The notes below the pieces were generated by a model, which was not told where the DNA came from, searched no databases, and worked only from the letters and a program-made list of their open reading frames with translations. The translations under genes were made by a program, and so were the position numbers. From contig CAZJSD010000001.1 in assembly GCA_964548815.1 (NCBI GenBank), positions 1 through 63,635 of the forward strand: DNA of 63,635 bases, given 5' to 3'. Positions 44,937 through 56,184 of the stretch are shown in pieces. The stretch comes from an uncultured Muribaculaceae bacterium (GTDB lineage: Bacteria > Bacillota_I > Bacilli_A > RF39 > UBA660). The number at the start of each line of letters is the position of its first letter. Positions within the stretch are counted from its first letter, which is position 1.

Positions 44937-46502
44937 GTGAAAAAGAGTAAGACATTTAATGTTGGTCTTTATATAAGATTATCTCGAGAAGATGGAGATA
45001 ATTTAGAGAGTGAAAGTATTTCAAATCAAAGAGATTTTCTTAACTTGCATTTGCAAAGATCAACTGAAAATCTATTTTATATAGATGAGTATATAGATGA
45101 TGGATTTACTGGTTCGAATTTTGATAGACCTTCTTGGAAAAGACTAATTAATGATATTGAGAATGGAAGAATAAATACAATAATTACAAAAGATTTATCT
45201 CGTATGGGAAGAGATTATATTTCAATGGGCGAATATATTGAAAGAATTTTTCCGGAAAAGGGAATAAGATATATTGCTGTAACTGATGATATTGATACTC
45301 TATATGAAACTCCAGGCTTAGAGTTTTTACAATTTAAACTAATGTTTAATGATTATTATTTAAAAGATACATCAAAAAAAATAAGAAGAATTGTAAAATC
45401 AAAAAAAGAACAAGGACAATTTTTGGGTTGGAAAGCAGTTTATGGTTATAAAAAAGATCCTAGTGATAAACATAAATTAATAGTAGATGAAGAAATAAGA
45501 CCTATTATAGAAAGAATGTTTAATATGGTTGTAGAAGGTAAAACTCCCAAGCAAATTGCTTATGTTTTCTCAAAAGAAAGAATACCAACACCAAGTATGT
45601 ATGCAAATTTAAATAGAGGTTTAAAATCTACAGCATATGAATTATGGTGTCCTAGAACAATTGAAGAAATGTTAAATAATGAGACTTATATTGGAAATCT
45701 AACTCAAGGAAGAAGAAAAAAAATTAATTATAAATCAAAAAAGGAAGTAAGAACTCCAAAAGAAGATTGGATTATAGTGAAAAATACCCATGAAGCAATA
45801 ATAGATGAAAACACATTTAATACAGTGCAGAGTTTACTAAGAAAAAATAGAAATAAGGTTAACAAGAGTAATATGAAATTATTAAGTGGTTTTATGAAGT
45901 GTAAAGAGTGTGGTCATGCAATAGGTTTAAATAGAAGTTTAGATGGTAAAAGGTATTATTGTCATTGTACTTACTACACTTCACATTCTAAATATGGATT
46001 ATGCACTCCACATTCTTGTAATTATGATAAATTAGAAACTGCTGTTTTAAATTCCATAAGAACTATTTGTAATCAATATGTTGATAGTACAACGTTTAAA
46101 GATAAAGTAGATGAAGCACGAAAGAAAAATGATTATAAAAATAAAATAAAAAAAGAATTATCAATTTTAGATAGTAAAATAGCAAATAATTATTCATATA
46201 TAGATAAGATTTATGAAGATAGATTAAAAGGTGAAATAAATATAGAAATGTTTAATAGATTTTCAAATAAATATAGGAATGAAATAGATGATTTTAATAA
46301 CAAAAAAATAGAATTAGAAAAAGAACTAAATAAAAGTGATAGTAAAGATTTATTAAAAGAAAAAGAATCTGTTATTGAAAAAATAAATGAGTATCTATCA
46401 TTTAAAAAACCAGATAGAACATTATTAGCTAATTTGATTGATGAAATACTTATAAGTGAAGATAAAACTATAGAAATTCATTATAAATTTAAATTAGAAT
46501 AA
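44937..46502 (+). CDS. large serine recombinase (resolvase domain, recombinase domain, zinc ribbon, coiled coil)
   Basis: GTG start with AAAGGAGA RBS. GLYIRLSREDGD...SISNQR catalytic Ser region. CKECGH...YYCHC zinc ribbon. Last gene before the right junction. Confidence 0.95.
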   Translation: MKKSKTFNVGLYIRLSREDGDNLESESISNQRDFLNLHLQRSTENLFYIDEYIDDGFTGSNFDRPSWKRLINDIENGRINTIITKDLSRMGRDYISMGEYIERIFPEKGIRYIAVTDDIDTLYETPGLEFLQFKLMFNDYYLKDTSKKIRRIVKSKKEQGQFLGWKAVYGYKKDPSDKHKLIVDEEIRPIIERMFNMVVEGKTPKQIAYVFSKERIPTPSMYANLNRGLKSTAYELWCPRTIEEMLNNETYIGNLTQGRRKKINYKSKKEVRTPKEDWIIVKNTHEAIIDENTFNTVQSLLRKNRNKVNKSNMKLLSGFMKCKECGHAIGLNRSLDGKRYYCHCTYYTSHSKYGLCTPHSCNYDKLETAVLNSIRTICNQYVDSTTFKDKVDEARKKNDYKNKIKKELSILDSKIANNYSYIDKIYEDRLKGEINIEMFNRFSNKYRNEIDDFNNKKIELEKELNKSDSKDLLKEKESVIEKINEYLSFKKPDRTLLANLIDEILISEDKTIEIHYKFKLE

Positions 46503-46520
46503 TTTATTATTATATTTTTT

Positions 46521-46539
46521 ATTATAACTTTAGTAGTCG
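46521..46539. repeat. right terminal inverted repeat / attR ICE arm
   Basis: ATTATAACTTTAGTAGTCG, partner of 9856-9874. Confidence 0.7.
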
Positions 46540-46983
46540 ATGGCCTTTACGGCCACCTATAATATATTTTCCTTCTAAATCTTTTAAAGAAAAATTATCT
46601 ATTTTTTTTCTAGATACTATAAAAGATCCATCTCTTTTTGTTAAAGATGCGAAGTTTACTAAATAATCTTTCTTTCCACTATTATATACATATATAGATT
46701 GTTCACTACCACAAAAACCAATTTGTACATCTTTTGATAATACAGCGGATGCGACTTTATCCGCGCCAGGTGTTAAGATTATTTCTACATCTAATCCTTG
46801 ATTTTTAAAATATCCTTTTTTTACCGCAATATATTGAGGAGCGTAAAATATTGAATGCGCAACCTCTGCGACTTTTACTTTTTCTAAATTATTATTCTTT
46901 GTTTTAGTAATATCTTTGTTAATAAAAATAACTCCAATAATTACTATAATAAATAAAACTATTCCAATAATAATCTTCTTCAT
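46522..46983 (-). pseudogene. 5' fragment of the NMT1/THI5-type substrate-binding protein gene
   Basis: Signal/TM anchor plus ...AHSIFYAPQYIAVKKGYFKNQGLDVEII... Ends ...IIGGRKG and then reads six ICE-derived codons to a stop. Confidence 0.85.
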
Positions 46984-47054
46984 TTTTTCATCTTCCTTTC
47001 AAAGTATTATATGAAAAAGTATCTATTTATGATACAATTAAAAAGGTGATAAAA

Positions 47055-49142
47055 ATGATAGATAACTTAAATGAAAGACAACTTGAAGCCGTAGAGAATC
47101 TTGATGGACCAATGCTTGTACTTGCGGGTGCAGGTTCTGGAAAAACAAGAGTTCTAACTACAAAAGTAGCGTATCTTTTAGATCAAAAAGATATATCGCC
47201 AAAGAACATCTTAGCGATTACTTTTACAAATAAAGCCGCTAAAGAAATGAAAGAAAGAATATTTAATTTAGTAGGTAGAGAAGCATTTTTAATACAAATA
47301 TCTACATTTCATTCATTTGGCTTAAAGCTATTAAAAGAAAATTTTGAATTACTTGGTTATGATAGTAATTTTACTATATTAGATGCGGATGATTCTTTAA
47401 CTGTTATTAAGAAGATTATGAAAGAATTAGATATTGATTCTAATAAATATAATTATAGAGCGATTAGATCTAGTATAAGTGATAATAAAAATGAAATGGT
47501 ATCAGTTTCAGAATATGAAAAGTTTGTTTATACTGATTATGATGAAGTTGTTTATAAAGTATATGATGAATATGAAAAGAGTTTAAAAAGAAGTAATGCG
47601 ATAGATTTTGATGATTTATTGCTTCTTCCAATAAAACTATTTAGTGAACATAAAGAAGTGTTGGAAAAGTATCAAGAACAATTTAAGTATGTATTTATAG
47701 ATGAATATCAAGATACAAATAAACCACAGTATTTAATGAGTAAAATGATAAGTGCTAAATATAAAAATATAACTGTTGTTGGTGATAATGACCAAGCAAT
47801 ATTTACTTGGAGAGGAGCAGATTATAAAAATATACTTAATTTTGAAAAAGATTATCCTGATGCCAAAGTAGTTATATTAGATGAAAACTATAGATCAACT
47901 AAGAATATATTAAAGGCAGCGAATAACGTTATTAAAAATAATAAAATACGTAAAGAAAAGAATTTATGGACTAATAATGAAGAAGGTTCACTTATAAAAT
48001 ACTATAAAGCATTTGATGAAAAAGATGAGTCAGGATTTGTTGTTAAAGAAATAAAGACCCTAATAGATGGTGGGGTTAATCCTAATGAAATATGTGTTCT
48101 TTATAGAGCAAATGCGCAAAGTAGAAATGTAGAAGAAGCATTCTTACAAAGTAATATATCATATAGAATAGTTGGTTCTTATGCATTCTACAATAGAAAA
48201 GAAATCAAAGACTTAATTGCGTATTTAAAACTTATACATAATGAAAAAGATGATGTTTCTTTACTTAGAGTAATTAATTATCCTAAAAGAGGAATAGGTT
48301 CTAAATCAATAGAAAATTTAGGAATAATTGCGAAGAGTGAAAATAAATCTTTATATGAATCTATATCAGGTGGAAAAGAAGAAGAATTTAAAAAGATAAT
48401 AGAATTATTAAAAAAAGAAAAAGATAAGATGTCTTTAACTGATTTTGTAGATTTAGTATTAGATAAAACAGGTATTAGAGAAAGTTTAAAAAATGAACAT
48501 ACTTTAGAGGCAGATATCAGATTAGAGAACTTAGAAGAATTTAAATCTATTACAAAGAATGTAGAAGAAGCAGATGGTATTGTTAATTTAGAAGATTTCT
48601 TAGATGAACTAAGTTTAGTATCAGATGCATCTGAAAATCAAAAGGATGAAGAAGATAAAGTTACTTTAATGACTATGCATGCGGTTAAAGGGCTAGAATT
48701 TGATTATGTATTTGTAGTAGGAGTTGAAGAAGGATTATTTCCACATTTAAATTCTATGAATAGTGAAGAAGAACTTGAAGAAGAAAGAAGACTTGCTTAT
48801 GTTGCGATAACAAGAGCGAGAAAGAAATTATATATAATTAATTCTAGAAGTAGACTTTTATATGGTAAGATATCTAGTAATGTACCTAGTAGATTTATAT
48901 CTGAGATTGGTGATGATTTATTAGAACAGGAAAAGAAAGAATCTATTTTTACTAAAAAAATTACAAAAGAAGAAATGATTACTAATAATGATTTAAAACC
49001 AGGAGATCTTATTAAACATGATAAATATGGTAATGGCGTAGTTCTTAATATAGAGGGTAAAATCGCAACTATTTCTTTTACTCAAAATGGAGTTAAAAAG
49101 TTATTAAAAGATCATAAAGCAATAAAGAAAGTGAGTATGTAA
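47055..49142 (+). CDS. pcrA: ATP-dependent DNA helicase PcrA/UvrD
   Basis: LNERQLEAV...AGAGSGKTRVLT, DEYQDTN, VTLMTMHAVKGLEFD. The ATG at 47055 is preferred over the GTG at 47046, which lies inside the RBS. Confidence 0.95.
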   Translation: MIDNLNERQLEAVENLDGPMLVLAGAGSGKTRVLTTKVAYLLDQKDISPKNILAITFTNKAAKEMKERIFNLVGREAFLIQISTFHSFGLKLLKENFELLGYDSNFTILDADDSLTVIKKIMKELDIDSNKYNYRAIRSSISDNKNEMVSVSEYEKFVYTDYDEVVYKVYDEYEKSLKRSNAIDFDDLLLLPIKLFSEHKEVLEKYQEQFKYVFIDEYQDTNKPQYLMSKMISAKYKNITVVGDNDQAIFTWRGADYKNILNFEKDYPDAKVVILDENYRSTKNILKAANNVIKNNKIRKEKNLWTNNEEGSLIKYYKAFDEKDESGFVVKEIKTLIDGGVNPNEICVLYRANAQSRNVEEAFLQSNISYRIVGSYAFYNRKEIKDLIAYLKLIHNEKDDVSLLRVINYPKRGIGSKSIENLGIIAKSENKSLYESISGGKEEEFKKIIELLKKEKDKMSLTDFVDLVLDKTGIRESLKNEHTLEADIRLENLEEFKSITKNVEEADGIVNLEDFLDELSLVSDASENQKDEEDKVTLMTMHAVKGLEFDYVFVVGVEEGLFPHLNSMNSEEELEEERRLAYVAITRARKKLYIINSRSRLLYGKISSNVPSRFISEIGDDLLEQEKKESIFTKKITKEEMITNNDLKPGDLIKHDKYGNGVVLNIEGKIATISFTQNGVKKLLKDHKAIKKVSM

Positions 49143-49143
49143 T

Positions 49144-50034
49144 ATGGAATTATTAATTATGGCTGCGGGAATGGGTAGTAGATTTGGAGGTTTAAAACAA
49201 ATAGAACCAGTTGGTCCTAATGGAGAGTTTATTATAGATTATTCTGTGTATGACGCAAAGAAAGCTGGTTTTGATAAAGTAGTATTTATAATAAAAGAAG
49301 AAAACTATGAAGTATTTAAAGAGACTATAGGTAAAAGAGTAGAACCTCATATGGAAGTAGAATATGTATTTCAAAAGATGGAAGATGTTCCAGATTTTGT
49401 AAAAATACCTGAAACTAGAGTTAAACCATGGGGAACTGCTCAGGCAATATATGAAGCTAAAGATAAAATAAATGGGCCTTTTCTTGTTATTAATGCAGAT
49501 GATTTTTATGGAAGAGATTCTTATTTCGTTGCAAGAGACTTTTTACAAAGTCAAGTTCAAGATAAATATGCTACTATAGGGTATATAGTAAAGAATACTA
49601 TGACCAAAAACGGATCTGTTAAAAGAGGAGTTATAAAAGAAAAAGATGGTAATTTACTTTCAATAACAGAAAGTAAGTTAGAATATGTAGGAGATAAGAT
49701 TATTGCTAAGTCTCTAGAAACAGGAACTGAATTTGAAGTTGATAAAGAAGATTTAGTATCTATGAATATGTTAACATTTGATACTTCTATTTTTCCATTT
49801 ATTGAAAGAAGAATGAATATATATTTTAAAGAAAATGAAAATAATTTAGAAACATGTGAATTCTTAATACCAATAGAATTGGAAAGAGCAATAGAAGAAG
49901 GAAAGAATGTTAAAGTACTTAATACAAATTCTTCTTGGTATGGTATTACATATAGAGAAGATTTAGAAGAAGTAAAAGACGCAATAAGTAAAATGATAGA
50001 TGAAGGAATATATCCTAAAAAATTGTGGGAATAA
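49144..50034 (+). CDS. sugar-phosphate nucleotidyltransferase family protein
   Basis: LIMAAGMGSRFGGLKQ N-terminal NTP-transferase motif. Confidence 0.78.
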   Translation: MELLIMAAGMGSRFGGLKQIEPVGPNGEFIIDYSVYDAKKAGFDKVVFIIKEENYEVFKETIGKRVEPHMEVEYVFQKMEDVPDFVKIPETRVKPWGTAQAIYEAKDKINGPFLVINADDFYGRDSYFVARDFLQSQVQDKYATIGYIVKNTMTKNGSVKRGVIKEKDGNLLSITESKLEYVGDKIIAKSLETGTEFEVDKEDLVSMNMLTFDTSIFPFIERRMNIYFKENENNLETCEFLIPIELERAIEEGKNVKVLNTNSSWYGITYREDLEEVKDAISKMIDEGIYPKKLWE

Positions 50035-50040
50035 AAGTGT

Positions 50041-50068
50041 AAAAAGATTGAATAAAATCTTTTTTTTT
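50041..50068 (+). terminator. rho-independent terminator
   Basis: AAAAAGATT-GAATAA-AATCTTTTT plus a T-run. Confidence 0.7.
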
Positions 50069-50123
50069 ATTTACGCAGTTATAAAAAAAAGATATAATAT
50101 AATTAAGAATAGAGGTGTCTATT

Positions 50124-51698
50124 ATGAACATGAATGAGTTAGAAAATGAATATAATAAACTTATTAATTTATACAAAAGATTAAAGATATTTGCAGAAGA
50201 AAGTATATATAAAGATAGTAGTATAGATGATTTTATTAGAGCTCGAGATAATTATAATAATAAGATAAAACAATTAGATGAACAAATAAATGCTTTGGAA
50301 AAAGGAAATAGAATTAGGGAACAATCAAGGATAGAAGACCAAATAAGAAAAATAGGAATAATAGATTCAAGAAATTCATCAAAAAGTATTGAACAAATAA
50401 ACTTAGAAAAAGAGAGATTGTCATATGAAGAAGATTTTCAAGAACTAGATAACATAATAAACAAATATAATATTGTTAAAGAAAAAATCAGTAATTTAGA
50501 TTTTAATGATTTATTAAAATATGTTTCTGAATGTAATGATATAATAAATCAAGCAAATCAATCAAATTTGCCATCTCAGTTATTGGTTAAATTAATGGAA
50601 GAAAAAAGATTAGTACCAAATAATAAACAAGAAATAAAAGAACAACCAATTGTTTCTTCTGATATGAATTCTGAAGAAGATAAAGAATCATCAATATTTG
50701 ATATTAGAGAAAAGACAATTAATAAAAAGTTTGCTGATACAGGTGAAAAATTAAAAGAAGCAATGGATAATGATGATGAAGAAGAGATAGTAAGAATAAG
50801 AATGTATAGGCAGCAATTATTAAAGGAATTAAATCAAATTAATTCTGAGAGAATTAAGGAATCTAGGTTAGGAGAAATTATAAAATTAGAAAGATTATTA
50901 GATGAAAGCAATAAAAGACTAGAAAAGATTAATTTTAAAGATGATGATAAAATATTTGAAGAGAGAATTATAAGACAAAAAGTTTTGGATAGACTATATG
51001 AAATAGAAAAAGACATCAAAGTAAAACCCGTAGCATCTGAAAAGAATTTTAGCACTTATAATAAAAAATCATTTGATAATATATTTGAAGGAGCAGTAGT
51101 AGAAGAAACTCCATTAGAAGATGAAAAGACTTTTAAAGTATCCAATAGTTTTGTTAAAGGTGAGGAAGATTTTGATGTTAAATATGGACTAGTTGGATTA
51201 TCATTAAATGAACAAATAACTAAATTAGAAAAGATTAGAAAAAGAATTGATTCTGAAATAATTAAAATAGATTTAAATGCTAAATGGGAAGGAACTCCTG
51301 AATTAATGAAGGAGTATTACATAATTAGTAAGGCTATTGAAAAGAAAAATGCTGAAATTAATAATCAAGTAGTGGAAGAAGAAATTAATGATTCAAAATC
51401 AGAAAAAAGAAAAAGAAGAGTTCCTAGATTTAGAAAAATGCTTACTGAAACAATACCAAAAATATTAAAAGAGAAGATCTATAGTGTTAGAAAATATATT
51501 TCTAATATAATCGCACCAAAAGAAGAAATAAGTGTATCTAATGATATATTAGAAGAATCATCTACTGATGAGAACTCAAAAACTATTAATAATAAATCAT
51601 CTAAATTAATAGAAGGTTTAGAAAAAATGAAAGAGTTAATAAAAAAAGAAGAAGAAGAGACAAGTAAAATATTAGGTAACCATAATAAAAGGGCATAA
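50124..51698 (+). CDS. long coiled-coil protein of unknown function
   Basis: Glu/Lys/Asn-rich heptad-like sequence throughout. The ATG at 50124 with AGAGGTG RBS is preferred over the GTG at 50115. Confidence 0.6.
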   Translation: MNMNELENEYNKLINLYKRLKIFAEESIYKDSSIDDFIRARDNYNNKIKQLDEQINALEKGNRIREQSRIEDQIRKIGIIDSRNSSKSIEQINLEKERLSYEEDFQELDNIINKYNIVKEKISNLDFNDLLKYVSECNDIINQANQSNLPSQLLVKLMEEKRLVPNNKQEIKEQPIVSSDMNSEEDKESSIFDIREKTINKKFADTGEKLKEAMDNDDEEEIVRIRMYRQQLLKELNQINSERIKESRLGEIIKLERLLDESNKRLEKINFKDDDKIFEERIIRQKVLDRLYEIEKDIKVKPVASEKNFSTYNKKSFDNIFEGAVVEETPLEDEKTFKVSNSFVKGEEDFDVKYGLVGLSLNEQITKLEKIRKRIDSEIIKIDLNAKWEGTPELMKEYYIISKAIEKKNAEINNQVVEEEINDSKSEKRKRRVPRFRKMLTETIPKILKEKIYSVRKYISNIIAPKEEISVSNDILEESSTDENSKTINNKSSKLIEGLEKMKELIKKEEEETSKILGNHNKRA

Positions 51699-51724
51699 AG
51701 GTTTAGAAATAAACCTTTTTTTCT
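51697..51724 (+). terminator. rho-independent terminator
   Basis: AAAGGTTT-AGAAAT-AAACCTTT followed by a T-run. Confidence 0.78.
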
Positions 51725-51732
51725 TTTATTAA

Positions 51733-53754
<2,022 letters not shown>

Positions 53755-53940
53755 TCAAAAAAAATGAAAAAATTTAAAAAAACACAAAAATTGAATTTTT
53801 GATATTCGATAGTTATTTATAAAGTAATTATTGTTAAAGATAATTACTTTTTTTGTTTTTTTAAGGACTCAAAAATTCGATTTTTGTCATTTGCATAGAC
53901 TTTTTTTATATGATAGTATCGTTTCTCGAAGGAGGAAAAA

Positions 53941-55635
53941 ATGAAAAAAATTATTAGGTTAGTAATAATATTAGCCGCAGTTTTTTTAGTAGGAATAAAA
54001 GGGGTTAAGGCTGATACTGTGAATGTTACGCAGCAATTTGTTGACAATGTTTGGTCATTTCATTATAGGAATGGTAGTGTATGGACATTTGGTAATTTAC
54101 CATTTAATTACGCAAATGGAAAACTAGTATATTGTATTCAACCTGATGCAAGAATAACAACAAATACATATAATGTATATTCTGATTTTACAATGTCAGG
54201 ATATTCTGATGATGTAAGAAGGCAAATGGAATTAATTTCATATTATGGGTATGGTTATCCAGGACATGATTCTTTGAAGTACTATATGGCAACACAAGAA
54301 TTAATGTGGTTATATTCTAATGATGATTATATTAGATGGACTGTAGGTAATACTGATGATACACCAGAGATAGACGTATCTTATGAAAAAAGTGAGATTC
54401 AAAGATTAATTAATTCACATAATGTGCTTCCGTCATTTTTTGGCAATATAGATGGACTTGTGGTTAACAAGGATAATGTTTTAGTAGATACAAATAATGT
54501 ATTAAGCAATTATGATGTTAACATAGGTCCATATGGAAGTGCTAGAGTAGAAGGGAATAGACTGATACTTAGATTTGAAAGAGATGCAGCATATACTTTA
54601 TTATTTACTCCAAAAGTAAATTACAATCAAGAAACATATATATATGATGATTTTTCTATTAGAACTCAGACTCTTGCATCTTTTGGCAAACCGGATTTAA
54701 GAGATGGAAGAATGATTGTATCTACAAATAAAACTAGTATAGATATTGTAAAAAAAGATAATGATACACATGAAATAATAAGCGAATCAGGAATTAAAGT
54801 TAAGATTAAAAATCTTAAAACTAAAGAAGAAAACGAATACGAATTTGTAAATGGTAGAATAAATGTAGAATTACCTATTGGAAAATATGAGATAGAAGAA
54901 ATAAAAACTATTTCTCCTTATGTAATAGGTGATAACTTAGAATTTGAAATAAAAGGATATGATGATTCTAAAGAAATAGAGTTCTTCAATAAAAAAGCAA
55001 TAGGTAAGATAACAATTAATAAAAATGATGAAGATGATAATAAATTAAATGGAGTAGAATTTGAAGTATATGATAAAGACGGTAACGTAGTAGATACTAT
55101 GATTACTGAAAATGGTGAAGCTAGTTCTAAAGAATTATCTTTAGGTGAGTATACTGTTAAAGAAACAAAAGAATTATATGGTTATAAGAAAAATGATACT
55201 ATTTATGAAGTAAAATTAGATTATAAAGATCAAAATGAAAAAATAGTAGTTGAAAACTTAGATGTTAAAAATGAAAAAATAAAGTGTGAGATTACTTATA
55301 TAACAACATCTGGAGATGAAAACATAGATGTAAGTTTCAATATATATGATAAAGATGGTAGTCTAGTCTATAGTGGAGAAACTGTTAATGGGAAAGCAAG
55401 TATACCTCTTCCTTATGGGGATTATATTATTAGAGAAATAGGTGTTCCTAATGGATATAAACTAAATGATGAAGAAATAAGTTTTAGTGTTAATGATAAG
55501 GTATGTGCATCAACTCTTAGAGTTAATAATGAAAAAGTAGTTATGCCAATAACATCTACTCAAAATAATTGTGCTTATATATTATTAATACTATTCAATT
55601 TAGGTGGGTATTTATTTGTTAAAAAGAATAGTTAA
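53941..55635 (+). CDS. chromosomal thioester-domain / CnaB-repeat surface adhesin (paralogue of 13124-14653)
   Basis: Signal peptide; VYCIQPD and ATQELMW thioester motifs; repeats ...LPIGKYEIEE..., LSLGEYTVKE..., LPYGDYIIRE...; C-terminal MPITS plus a hydrophobic segment plus KKNS. Confidence 0.8.
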   Translation: MKKIIRLVIILAAVFLVGIKGVKADTVNVTQQFVDNVWSFHYRNGSVWTFGNLPFNYANGKLVYCIQPDARITTNTYNVYSDFTMSGYSDDVRRQMELISYYGYGYPGHDSLKYYMATQELMWLYSNDDYIRWTVGNTDDTPEIDVSYEKSEIQRLINSHNVLPSFFGNIDGLVVNKDNVLVDTNNVLSNYDVNIGPYGSARVEGNRLILRFERDAAYTLLFTPKVNYNQETYIYDDFSIRTQTLASFGKPDLRDGRMIVSTNKTSIDIVKKDNDTHEIISESGIKVKIKNLKTKEENEYEFVNGRINVELPIGKYEIEEIKTISPYVIGDNLEFEIKGYDDSKEIEFFNKKAIGKITINKNDEDDNKLNGVEFEVYDKDGNVVDTMITENGEASSKELSLGEYTVKETKELYGYKKNDTIYEVKLDYKDQNEKIVVENLDVKNEKIKCEITYITTSGDENIDVSFNIYDKDGSLVYSGETVNGKASIPLPYGDYIIREIGVPNGYKLNDEEISFSVNDKVCASTLRVNNEKVVMPITSTQNNCAYILLILFNLGGYLFVKKNS

Positions 55636-56098
55636 ATTATTTATGGTATTATCATCATTTTTCTTTATTCTACCAATTACAAAGGAAATAGATTTAAAAG
55701 AAAAAATAGATAATATTGTTCTTAGTAAAGAGAAAGAAATATATAGAGGATTTATATATATACCAAGATTTGATTATAAAAATGTTATTAAAAAAGATTC
55801 ATCAGCGTTAGATGAAAACTATGTTGAAATGACTAATTTTAGTGATGAGATAGGTGAAAGTAGTATTGTACTTGCGGGTCATAATAATAGATATGTATTT
55901 AATAAAATATATTATTTAGAAAAAGGTGATGAAATAATTATCAGCGATAGAACAAAAGATTTTAGATATGTTGTATATAATATGAAATATATACCAGTAG
56001 ATGATTATGATGCATTAAATAATAAAGATTCACTTACATTAATCACATGCACAAATAATAATCAAGAAAGATATATAGTAATCGCAAAGAGAGAGTAA
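55604..56098 (+). CDS. sortase-family transpeptidase
   Basis: N-terminal TM segment, LAGHNN His region, LTLITC catalytic Cys motif; overlaps the adhesin 3' end. Confidence 0.75.
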   Translation: MGIYLLKRIVKLFMVLSSFFFILPITKEIDLKEKIDNIVLSKEKEIYRGFIYIPRFDYKNVIKKDSSALDENYVEMTNFSDEIGESSIVLAGHNNRYVFNKIYYLEKGDEIIISDRTKDFRYVVYNMKYIPVDDYDALNNKDSLTLITCTNNNQERYIVIAKRE

Positions 56099-56184
56099 AA
56101 CTCTCTTTTTCACATGTTTTCCCATAATCTTTTCATACTATTAACAAATTGATTAGATATAATGATAATCGAGGAGATGAGATT

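Larger units (their letters stand above)
9851..46545 (+). mobile_element. integrative conjugative element, large-serine-recombinase type, ~36.7 kb
   Basis: Splits one ORF. Single coding polarity. Carries relaxase, T4CP, VirB4, VirB6-like and CHAP hydrolase genes. Recombinase is the last gene. Imperfect terminal inverted repeats. CCT is shared at both junctions. Confidence 0.88.
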
